Below, one piece after another: positions 55,236 through 63,343 of a DNA stretch of 64,000 nucleotides (position 1 is its first letter; the number at the start of each line of letters is the position of its first letter). The DNA is from a virus: the IMG/VR virus record IMGVR_UViG_3300020430_000009. The stretch is one strand, 5' to 3'. Under the pieces are notes generated by a model. The model was given only the letters and a program-made list of their open reading frames with translations. It was not told where the DNA came from and ran no database searches. A program made the translations under genes and the position numbers.

Positions 55236-55430
55236 ATGCAGTCAATATGGAGTCTACTACTTACGGTCTGTTTCGAGAACTCGACGGCCTGCATGAGTCA
55301 GGACGTTCAGTGGTTCGACGACAAGACGACGTGCATAGAAATGAAGACGGCTCACGAAGAGATACCGCCGGACGGAAGCTTCAGCTCGGTCGAGTACGAG
55401 TGCGTTCCGGTAAACGGTGCGGAAGCTTGA
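55236..55430 (+). CDS. Small secreted Cys-containing protein
   Basis: GAGGT SD; MQSIWSLLLTVC...; 4 Cys. Confidence 0.55.
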   Translation: MQSIWSLLLTVCFENSTACMSQDVQWFDDKTTCIEMKTAHEEIPPDGSFSSVEYECVPVNGAEA

Positions 55431-55627
55431 GCAGGATCGATCCAAGATCGATTCACGTGGACCAGCGAAAGCGAGACACGAGAAGAGACGCGTGGAACAG
55501 AGACTACGCGCCTAACTGGACGAGGACAGAACCGTCCTCCGACGAAAAACGCCTAGAGAACGCGAAGCCGGTTTTCCTCTTCGCCTTCTTCTACGTTTGC
55601 ATCTTAATCATGATAGGGAGTGACTGA
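55427..55627 (+). CDS. Small membrane protein
   Basis: TTG start overlapping previous stop; C-terminal hydrophobic helix. Confidence 0.4.
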   Translation: MSRIDPRSIHVDQRKRDTRRDAWNRDYAPNWTRTEPSSDEKRLENAKPVFLFAFFYVCILIMIGSD

Positions 55628-55803
55628 TGAAAAAGAACAGCGTGATAAAGGACATGTGGACTGCCTTTAGAAAAGACGATCGTCCACACTGGGAGATAAT
55701 GGCCGACGACGGAATGAACAAGTTTCTTAAGTTCTGCGTGACGTGCCTCTTCGCCTACGGCTTCTACGTCGTGGTGGTCGAGCTCTTGAGGAAGTTCGGA
55801 TGA
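55627..55803 (+). CDS. Small membrane protein (58 aa)
   Basis: GGGAG SD; C-terminal hydrophobic helix; coupled. Confidence 0.5.
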   Translation: MKKNSVIKDMWTAFRKDDRPHWEIMADDGMNKFLKFCVTCLFAYGFYVVVVELLRKFG

Positions 55804-56033
55804 TGCACCTGCCTCTCGAGAAAGACTTCAACAAGAAGCAGCAACGAGCGATGGCCGTCATCAGAGAGGTCGCGCTCGGTAAGGACCACAATCACACGGT
55901 ATACGGCGAGGCTCAGGTCGCTCTTAAGAAGAAGAGACTCGGTAAGGTCTTCAACCTCGAGGAGCTCTACTGGATATGCACCGAGGTATGGGTCGACCAG
56001 ACTTGTGGCGGAATTTCAGATGAAAAAAAGTGA
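55800..56033 (+). CDS. Hypothetical protein
   Basis: Coupled start; ends before the next promoter. Confidence 0.5.
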   Translation: MMHLPLEKDFNKKQQRAMAVIREVALGKDHNHTVYGEAQVALKKKRLGKVFNLEELYWICTEVWVDQTCGGISDEKK

Positions 56034-56062
56034 AAAAAAATCACTTAAAGTGAAAAAAGTCC

Positions 56063-56091
56063 TTTACATTTGAGAGAAAGTATGGTATAAT
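56063..56091 (+). promoter_or_regulatory. Early promoter
   Basis: TTTACA-N17-TATAAT with upstream TCAC-ttaaa-GTGA dyad. Confidence 0.8.
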
Positions 56092-56125
56092 ATACTTATA
56101 AAATAAAACATTGAGGAGTTACATT

Positions 56126-56389
56126 ATGATAGATTATATTTCAGCAGCAGACGGCAAGATCAACCTTCACCCAAAGGGTGGTTCTTCGATCATCTCGTCT
56201 AATAACGTCGAGTCTTTAGCTCACGTTCTCGCAAAAGAAGGTTTTGGAGAAACTTTCATGATGTCAAGCTCAATGGATTTTGCCGATGAAGAAGGTTTTG
56301 CTCATTACGACGACGCTAAGAAGCTTCTCTTCAAGGCCGTCGACAGAGCTTTGGTTATGATGGGAATCGATAAAGAGGAGTTAGTATAA
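56126..56389 (+). CDS. Hypothetical early protein
   Basis: GAGGAG SD; SSSMDFADEEGF. Confidence 0.65.
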   Translation: MIDYISAADGKINLHPKGGSSIISSNNVESLAHVLAKEGFGETFMMSSSMDFADEEGFAHYDDAKKLLFKAVDRALVMMGIDKEELV

Positions 56390-56589
56390 TGCAATTAGCT
56401 TATTGTGACTATATCGCTAAACAAATTTTCGATAACGCTATTCCTGATAATCAGATCATCGAGTCGGTGAGTAGCCCACGGTACGATCTTCACCCGACAG
56501 GTGGTTACTTCGTCTCTACTAAGAAGACCATCGAGATGCAAGATCAAAATGGCAAGAAATATAAGGTTACTGTTGAGGAGGTCGAGTAA
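56389..56589 (+). CDS. Hypothetical protein
   Basis: Coupled start; GYFVSTKKTI...KKYKVTVEE. Confidence 0.65.
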   Translation: MQLAYCDYIAKQIFDNAIPDNQIIESVSSPRYDLHPTGGYFVSTKKTIEMQDQNGKKYKVTVEEVE

Positions 56590-56728
56590 TGAAGACTTTT
56601 TTTGGAATGGTACTTATCATAGGATGCATCATGCTAGTAGGTTATATCGAAGACCCTTGCGCTACCGAAGGTCTTCCTGCAGGTTGCATGGAACAAAATC
56701 AATAATTGTGTAAAGAAGGAGAAATATT

Positions 56729-57685
56729 ATGGCACATATGGTAGAAACAATGGCTTACGCTGGAGAGGTTCCTTGGCACGGCCTAGGAGTTAAGGTTTCA
56801 AACGATCTTACTCCACAACAAATGATGGACAAGGCAGGTCTTAACTGGGAAGTTATCGAATGTCCGTCTTTCATCGAGCACGATGGCAAGAAGATCAATA
56901 CTGGTCAACGAGCTCTCGTAAGAAGTACTGACGGAAAGATTCTTACTAACGTCGGTCCGGTCTGGAATCCAGTTCAGAACGAAGATGCATTTAACTTCTT
57001 CAGTGAGTACACTCTCGCTGGTAACATGGAGATGCATACAGCTGGTTCTCTTCGTGGCGGTCAGATCGTATGGGCTTTGGCTAAGGTTAAAGAATCATTT
57101 GATCTTTTTGGTGGAGATCAGATAGACTCTTATCTTCTCTTCTCAAATCCTCATAGGTATGGTCATTCAATTGATATCAGATTTACTCCAATCAGAGTAG
57201 TCTGCAATAATACCTTATCTCTTTCTCTCGACATGCAGGCTGAAAAGTCAGTTCGAGTCGGTCATAGAGTAGAGTTCGATGCTCTTGAAGTTAAAAAGGC
57301 TCTTGGTATCGCTTCTTCTAAGCTTGATCAGTACAGAGAAATGGCCGAGTATCTTGGCTCAAAGAGGTACAACGTCGATAAGCTTATCGAGTACTACAAC
57401 ACAGTGTTCCCAAGGACCGCTGACAAGAGAGTACAAAATAAAGCCTTGTCTCTCGAGACTCTCTCACGTAACGCTAAGTTAGCTCACGATAACTTGCACA
57501 CTCAACCGGGCGCTAAGTACGCCGAAGGTTCTTGGTGGCAGGCTTTCAATTCAGTAACTTTCGTTACCGATCACTTGAAAGGTTCAAGCAACGACAACAG
57601 GATCTACTCCTCTTGGTTTGCTGGCGATCAAGCTCGTAAGAGAGATGCTCTTAAAACAGCTCTTGAATTTGCGGATGCAGCCTAA
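56729..57685 (+). CDS. DUF932/DUF945 phage-plasmid protein
   Basis: MAHMVETMAYAGEVPWHGLG, TAGSLRGG, FTPIRVVCNNT. Confidence 0.9.
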   Translation: MAHMVETMAYAGEVPWHGLGVKVSNDLTPQQMMDKAGLNWEVIECPSFIEHDGKKINTGQRALVRSTDGKILTNVGPVWNPVQNEDAFNFFSEYTLAGNMEMHTAGSLRGGQIVWALAKVKESFDLFGGDQIDSYLLFSNPHRYGHSIDIRFTPIRVVCNNTLSLSLDMQAEKSVRVGHRVEFDALEVKKALGIASSKLDQYREMAEYLGSKRYNVDKLIEYYNTVFPRTADKRVQNKALSLETLSRNAKLAHDNLHTQPGAKYAEGSWWQAFNSVTFVTDHLKGSSNDNRIYSSWFAGDQARKRDALKTALEFADAA

Positions 57686-57876
57686 TGGTTGAAGGCCCGC
57701 TAAAAACAGCATTCGACCTCTTAGATACCGAAGGCGTGGTATCTAGGAGGTTGACTACTATTCGTAAGACAGACTATGGAATTCGAATAGAAGAGGTAAC
57801 GAGAGATTATGTCGAAGGTGATTATCACGATCACACGTCTATAAAACCAATAGTTTTTAAAAAGGAGGAATTATGA
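57685..57876 (+). CDS. Hypothetical protein
   Basis: Coupled TAATG start. Confidence 0.55.
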   Translation: MVEGPLKTAFDLLDTEGVVSRRLTTIRKTDYGIRIEEVTRDYVEGDYHDHTSIKPIVFKKEEL

Positions 57877-58295
57877 AAAACGTTATTGGATACGCGGCAG
57901 TAGGATTATTTCTAGCCACGTCACAGGCTGGAGCTACACAGCCACACGCAGCAGTAGTAAAGGATCACTATAAGTCCGTGATTATCAAGCAACCATACTC
58001 GGTCGAAGTATGTACTCAAGGTCAGACCTCTGGAAACGGAAAGTCAGACATTCAAAACTTTTTAGAAGGTGCGCTCGTTGGCGGAGCTATTGGTAATAAT
58101 ATACCGGGCGAAAATAACGGCGGTGCTCTTGGTGCATTCTTAGGTGGGGTACTTAATACTGAAAAGAATAAGACTACTGGTCAAGTTTGTAGAACTGAAA
58201 CTCGATATAACGAGAGAACTCAAACTATGTACTCTCATTCTATTATTACTTTTACGTACGAAGGTAAGTCATATCAAGTGAGGTTCCAGAAATGA
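57873..58295 (+). CDS. Secreted glycine-zipper protein
   Basis: Signal peptide; GALVGGAIGN...GALGAFLGG. Confidence 0.75.
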   Translation: MKNVIGYAAVGLFLATSQAGATQPHAAVVKDHYKSVIIKQPYSVEVCTQGQTSGNGKSDIQNFLEGALVGGAIGNNIPGENNGGALGAFLGGVLNTEKNKTTGQVCRTETRYNERTQTMYSHSIITFTYEGKSYQVRFQK

Positions 58296-58504
58296 TTAAG
58301 CATAGCATGGAACAGACAGCCGCTTGGGCTAAGGATTGGGGTATCAAAGGATTCGAGCATCTTGATCCTCAAGCCCGTGAGCGTCATAAGAGAATCGAGT
58401 TGCAGAAAAAACAGGCTCGTGACAGAGGCGAAACTTGGAGACCAGCAAGAAAGTCTTCTCAAAGGAAAAAGTTTAACAAAAGTGTAACATTCAGAAGGCG
58501 CTGA
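58292..58504 (+). CDS. Small basic hypothetical protein
   Basis: Coupled start. Confidence 0.5.
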   Translation: MIKHSMEQTAAWAKDWGIKGFEHLDPQARERHKRIELQKKQARDRGETWRPARKSSQRKKFNKSVTFRRR

Positions 58505-58506
58505 TA

Positions 58507-58989
58507 TTGATACATAATAACATGAATGATTTAATTAAAAAGGTAAGCAAAATGGAACTAGGTAATCCCGTAATCACGGCACTCGTAGGATTGGTTGTAT
58601 TCTACATAGGACTTAAAATGTTTTCAGGTGGAATGAAATCTATGGGAAACTTAGAACACTTAAACTTTTTTTTAGGTAATCCAATTTATATGTTTATAGG
58701 TGGAATTGTTATGACGCTACTCTGGCAATCTTCATCGTTATCTACCACTGCAATTATAGCTCTTGTTGCAAGTGGAGCTCTTCCTCTACCGGCCGCCATA
58801 GCAGCAGTTCTTGGAGCGAACATAGGAACTACTGGTACGATATGGCTCGCAGGTTTCTTTGTATCAGACGGAATGCCAAAAGGCGATACTCTACGAATAG
58901 CACTAGCACATAGTGGTGCAAACTTATTCATGGCGGTAATGCTACTACCATGGGTACATCATATCGCTAGGTTTCTTGGCAGATTTTAA
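58507..58989 (+). CDS. Na+/phosphate cotransporter family protein (single repeat)
   Basis: FYIGLKMFSGGM, QSSSLST, GANIGTT signature; start uncertain. Confidence 0.85.
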   Translation: MIHNNMNDLIKKVSKMELGNPVITALVGLVVFYIGLKMFSGGMKSMGNLEHLNFFLGNPIYMFIGGIVMTLLWQSSSLSTTAIIALVASGALPLPAAIAAVLGANIGTTGTIWLAGFFVSDGMPKGDTLRIALAHSGANLFMAVMLLPWVHHIARFLGRF

Positions 58990-59007
58990 GTAAATCTTTA
59001 TTCAATT

Positions 59008-59031
59008 AAAGCGCCTCCGGGCGCTTTTTTT
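59008..59031 (+). terminator. Rho-independent terminator
   Basis: AAAGCGCC-TCCG-GGCGCTTT followed by T tract. Confidence 0.85.
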
Positions 59032-59044
59032 ATGTACAAACTAT

Positions 59045-59052
59045 TATAAATA
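59045..59052 (+). promoter_or_regulatory. T4-type late promoter
   Basis: TATAAATA heading the 59-64 kb operon. Confidence 0.8.
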
Positions 59053-59080
59053 GTGTATAATATAAACATTGGAGCTAACT

Positions 59081-59920
59081 ATGCGTAGATTCAAATCATT
59101 TATAAGGGAGATGGCCGAAGTGAGTATTGCTAATTTAAACCCTGACTTTCTTAAGAGAGCTCAAAAGGTAACGTCATTTAACCTTCGTGGATCTGACTTT
59201 GAGTCTTTAAAGTATAAGGCAGAAATACAGTATCTTTTTAGAACTTTCTTTTTTCCAAAGTTTAATTTAAATGAAACTCTTAAAGGAGACATTAAATTAA
59301 ATCAAGTTAATAAGTTGATTCAAAAACTCAAGAGTGAGAGTATGGTTAACTATAACAAGCTTCATTTTTATAATCTAAAAGGTGTAGGCCCAGGAGAAGC
59401 TACACTATATTTCTTACTTGATGACGCTCAACTTGGTGGTGGTACTTCTGCTGGAGTAGATTTGATAGTTGCCGGTAAGAAGTATGAAGTAAAAGCTGCT
59501 TTGTATTCTAAGAATGAAAAAACTTTATCTGGATTTAAGCTTGGTGGTACGGCTCCAGTAGGAAAATTAGTTACACAACTAGTAGACATGAAAGAAACTC
59601 TAGGCTTTCAAACTAAAGGTAAAGGTCAGGCAGAAGTTAACACGTCGCAGCTAAACGCTATAAGAAAAGAATTTCCAGCTGATATGAAAAGAATAGAAGC
59701 TGAATACGGTAAAATCGCAGGAAGATACTTTGGTAATATTCCTGTGATATTTGTAAACAATAACTCAAGTAATAAGATCGATCCAGAAGATACGGCTGAA
59801 AAGTCTAGACAATTAACAGGAGACGCTGGCGGTATAGTAGCAATTAAGAAGATCACACCAAAAGATATTCTTATGCACGTCGTAACACAAGGTACTATTA
59901 AGCCAAAAATAAAATTATGA
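59081..59920 (+). CDS. Hypothetical late protein with capsid-targeting-like N-terminus
   Basis: MRRFKSFIRE; GVGPGE...GVDL...YEVK suggests a PD-(D/E)xK-like core. Confidence 0.6.
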   Translation: MRRFKSFIREMAEVSIANLNPDFLKRAQKVTSFNLRGSDFESLKYKAEIQYLFRTFFFPKFNLNETLKGDIKLNQVNKLIQKLKSESMVNYNKLHFYNLKGVGPGEATLYFLLDDAQLGGGTSAGVDLIVAGKKYEVKAALYSKNEKTLSGFKLGGTAPVGKLVTQLVDMKETLGFQTKGKGQAEVNTSQLNAIRKEFPADMKRIEAEYGKIAGRYFGNIPVIFVNNNSSNKIDPEDTAEKSRQLTGDAGGIVAIKKITPKDILMHVVTQGTIKPKIKL

Positions 59921-61140
59921 GATTTGTAGAATTTATATCTGAGCAGAAGAATACTCACATGACTCATATCGAGGACAAGGTCCTATACGGTGGAGTCAAT
60001 GGAACAAGACAGGCGATACTAGCGTTAAGATCTTTAAGAGACATGCTAGGAGGAGTTAAAGATGGTTCTGTCAGCGTTAAGTGGGATGGAGCTCCTGCCA
60101 TTTTTTGCGGTACTGATCCTCGTGATGGCAAATTCTTTGTCGCAAAGAAAGGGATATTTAATAAATCACCAAAGGTATATAAGACCAATGCTGATATTGA
60201 TGATGACACTAGCGGTGATCTTAATGTAAAACTAAAAAATGCTCTTAAGTTTCTTCCTGCGCTTGGAATAAAAGGAGTTATTCAAGGAGACTTTTTGTTT
60301 GGCCCTGGCGATTTAAAAACTAAAAAGATTAAAGGTAAACCCTATCTTACGTTCCACCCTAATACAATAGTGTACGCGATACCAACAGGTACTGAAGCAG
60401 CTAAGAAAGCTAAAGCCGCTAAGATTGGTATAGTTTGGCATACAACATATAAAGGAAATACTTTTGAGACTATGAAAGCTTCATATGGAGTCAATACTTC
60501 AAAATTTAAATCAAAAGATGTTTGGTCTCAAGACGCCATGTTGAGAGACATGACACAATTTACTATGTCTAAAAAAGATACGGAGGAAGTAAATGCGCAC
60601 CTTAGCAACTGTGGCCGAATTTTTAACAAAATATCTGGGACTACGTTACGTAGCCTCGAAGCTAATCGTTCCCTTGCTGAAACTATTGAGACATATAATA
60701 ATACCTTTGTACGTAAAGGTGAAGTTATTAAAGATACGCGTCGTCATGTGGCTGGGCTCATTCGCTATATCGAAGGTAAGTACAAAAAAGAAATCGACAA
60801 GAGGAAGACCCAAAAAGGCAAGGACGTCCAACAAAAAAAGCTAGATGAAATTTTAAAATTCTTCTCACCCGAGAATAAAACAAGTTTACAGATGATGTTT
60901 GAACTGCAGAAATCTATAGTTCTAGCAAAACTAAAACTTATAAATATACTTAATAAGCTCAATAGTAATAAAACATTTTTGAAAACTAAAAATGGTTATG
61001 AAACTACAGGCCAAGAAGGTTATGTTGCTATTGATAAACTTGGTGGTGATGCAGTGAAAATTGTTGATCGTATGGAATTTTCATACGCCAACTTTTCACC
61101 AGATATATTAAAGGGATGGGACAAGCCAGGGAGGAACTAG
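59917..61140 (+). CDS. Covalent nucleotidyltransferase (RNA-ligase-fold) protein
   Basis: VKWDG (I), IQGDFLF (III), EGYVAI (IV), VKIVDR (V); N-terminus MRFVEFISE. Confidence 0.65.
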   Translation: MRFVEFISEQKNTHMTHIEDKVLYGGVNGTRQAILALRSLRDMLGGVKDGSVSVKWDGAPAIFCGTDPRDGKFFVAKKGIFNKSPKVYKTNADIDDDTSGDLNVKLKNALKFLPALGIKGVIQGDFLFGPGDLKTKKIKGKPYLTFHPNTIVYAIPTGTEAAKKAKAAKIGIVWHTTYKGNTFETMKASYGVNTSKFKSKDVWSQDAMLRDMTQFTMSKKDTEEVNAHLSNCGRIFNKISGTTLRSLEANRSLAETIETYNNTFVRKGEVIKDTRRHVAGLIRYIEGKYKKEIDKRKTQKGKDVQQKKLDEILKFFSPENKTSLQMMFELQKSIVLAKLKLINILNKLNSNKTFLKTKNGYETTGQEGYVAIDKLGGDAVKIVDRMEFSYANFSPDILKGWDKPGRN

Positions 61141-62153
61141 TGGCACCATACGATTTCAAACATCTCACTGTGGTTGATTATAAGCCGGGCAGTGACGATA
61201 ATATAGACTATTACGCTCAAAAGCGTAAGAAACAATATCACGGTAACGAGGGTAAAGGCGTAAAAGAACTCTCGATGAAACCGGATAAAAAACTTCCTAA
61301 TTTAAGAGTACCGGTCAAAGGTAAAAAAGGCGTAAGTAAGTTTATGCGTAAGAAAGCTGCCGCGACAGCTAAAGACGATATAAACGCACAAAAGAAGCCG
61401 AAGATCGATGAAGCGCTTAAGCCTATATCTACTTTAGATCAGGTCAAAGCTGCAATAAAGATAGCAAGAGACAAAAGATTCAACATGAAATCTCAGATCG
61501 ATAAGAAGACAGCTATTGAAAAGATCTCAAAAGATCTCTTAAAAGATCCTAAAGTTAAAAAAGAAATAGACAAGATCTATGAAGATCATCATTATGATGC
61601 ACACCGTGATGCTCAACAGCACTCAAATGGAAGTATGAGTGTTAAGAAAATTCCAAGTATGATTAAAAAACCAGGTGATAAACATTTACACTTACATATG
61701 AAGAGTTATCACAAAGAAAAAGATGGTCAAGATTTTGCAAAGAAGCACGGTTATAAAGTCAAAAATTTTGTGAAGACTCAGTCTGGAACTAGAATGGATC
61801 TTCATAAAGAAGAAGTTGAAGTTGATGTTGATGAAGCTTTAACACTACAACAAAGAATGAAAAGATCTCGTATGATGAGGCGTATGAGAACTCGAATTAA
61901 AGTTGGTAGAGAGCGAGCTAAAAGAAAAATGGCTAATAAAGAGAAGCTGGAGAAAAGAGCAAGAAGACAAGCTCGAAATATGATAGCCAAAAAGCTTACT
62001 AGAGGTATTCCTAAAGCTGAACTGACTTTTGCTAGAAAAAAAGAAATAGAAAAGAGACTTGATAAGCCAGTACTTCAGGCGAGAATAAAAAGAATTGCTA
62101 AAAGAATATTTAAAGACGTGAGGAAGAAAGAAGTTCAGAGGAAAAAAGGTTAA
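61140..62153 (+). CDS. Lys-rich late/internal virion protein
   Basis: GGAGG SD and GTG start; repeated xxE-A/D sites; C-terminal RMKRSRMMRR...KKRARRQAR block. Confidence 0.65.
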   Translation: MAPYDFKHLTVVDYKPGSDDNIDYYAQKRKKQYHGNEGKGVKELSMKPDKKLPNLRVPVKGKKGVSKFMRKKAAATAKDDINAQKKPKIDEALKPISTLDQVKAAIKIARDKRFNMKSQIDKKTAIEKISKDLLKDPKVKKEIDKIYEDHHYDAHRDAQQHSNGSMSVKKIPSMIKKPGDKHLHLHMKSYHKEKDGQDFAKKHGYKVKNFVKTQSGTRMDLHKEEVEVDVDEALTLQQRMKRSRMMRRMRTRIKVGRERAKRKMANKEKLEKRARRQARNMIAKKLTRGIPKAELTFARKKEIEKRLDKPVLQARIKRIAKRIFKDVRKKEVQRKKG

Positions 62154-63343
62154 TGATTAACTCCTTTAAGACATTTTTAGTCGAGGAAGAGAAGACACTG
62201 TACTTTGTGTGGGGACGTATGAATCCACCTACTGCTGGTCATGAAAAATTACTTGACTTTCTGAAAGCTAAAGCTGGAAGCAATCCTTTCAGAATTTATT
62301 TAACACAATCTGAAGATAAGAACAAGAATCCTATTCCATACGTACAAAAAATAAAGTTTGCGCGTAAAGGATTTCCACAGTACGCTCGACAGATTATGAT
62401 GGATAAGAAACTTAAAACAATTTTTAACGCGATGACGTCTTTCTATAATGAAGGATTTAAGCGCGTAGTTATCGTAGCAGGCGAAGATCGCGTAAGAGAA
62501 TATAATGTTACGCTAAACAAATATAACGGAGTAAAAAGTAGACACGGATTCTATAACTTTGAAAAGATTACCGTACTAAATGCAGGTAATAGAGATCCAG
62601 AGGCAAAAGGAGTTGAAGGTGTGTCAGGTACTAAGCTTCGTGGTTACGTAGATGATGGTGACTTTACTAAGTTCGCACAATACATGCCTAAGAGATTATC
62701 GAATACAGATACGAAGGCAGTATACAATGCGGTGCGCAAAGGGCGAGGTTTAAAAGAACAGAAAGACTATTTTAACAAACTTAACTTGTCACCAGTATCG
62801 GAAAGAAGAGAAGAATATGTCAAAGGAAATCTTTTTAATATTGGGGATAGTGTTATCCTTAGGGATACTAATGAACTTTGTCGTGTTACCTATCTTGGCA
62901 GCAATTACGTTATAGTAGAGTCTGCCGGTAAACAGTATCGTAAGTGGCTCGATGATATTGAGTTACATGAAAAAGAAAGAAAAAAAGAAGTAGCACAGGA
63001 TAAAGACGTAAAGAAAGCTAAAGGCAGTCAACCAAAAGTTTACTATAAAGGATTAAGCAAGTCAACTAAGCAGAAGAGACTTGCACATTTTAAAAAATAC
63101 GGAAAGTATGATGACGACAATCCGGCAGCGTACAAGAAAGCTCCCGGTGATAAAACAGCCAAGACTAAGCCAAGTGTACATACACTTAAATACAGAAGGA
63201 TGTATGGAGAGGATGCAGTTGAACTAGCGAAGAAAAAGATCGAGAGAGAAAAAGCGGTCGACAAAATGAAACACGCTAGAATGCTTAGCAGAGCAAAAGT
63301 AAGAAAAGCAAAAAATCAAATGAGGAGCGAAAAAGATGCTTAA
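62153..63343 (+). CDS. HIGH-superfamily nucleotidyltransferase (cytidylyl/NMN-adenylyltransferase-like) with C-terminal extensions
   Basis: WGRMNPPTAGHEKL, VAGEDR, VSGTKLR; N-terminus MINSFKTFLVE. Confidence 0.85.
   Translation: MINSFKTFLVEEEKTLYFVWGRMNPPTAGHEKLLDFLKAKAGSNPFRIYLTQSEDKNKNPIPYVQKIKFARKGFPQYARQIMMDKKLKTIFNAMTSFYNEGFKRVVIVAGEDRVREYNVTLNKYNGVKSRHGFYNFEKITVLNAGNRDPEAKGVEGVSGTKLRGYVDDGDFTKFAQYMPKRLSNTDTKAVYNAVRKGRGLKEQKDYFNKLNLSPVSERREEYVKGNLFNIGDSVILRDTNELCRVTYLGSNYVIVESAGKQYRKWLDDIELHEKERKKEVAQDKDVKKAKGSQPKVYYKGLSKSTKQKRLAHFKKYGKYDDDNPAAYKKAPGDKTAKTKPSVHTLKYRRMYGEDAVELAKKKIEREKAVDKMKHARMLSRAKVRKAKNQMRSEKDA

Noticed and set aside
55015-55245. ORF 55015..55245(-) and 5' parts of 55128/55247
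   Set aside because: They are antisense or read-through of tRNA-Trp and tRNA-Gly, or lack an SD; shorter coupled ORFs fit better.
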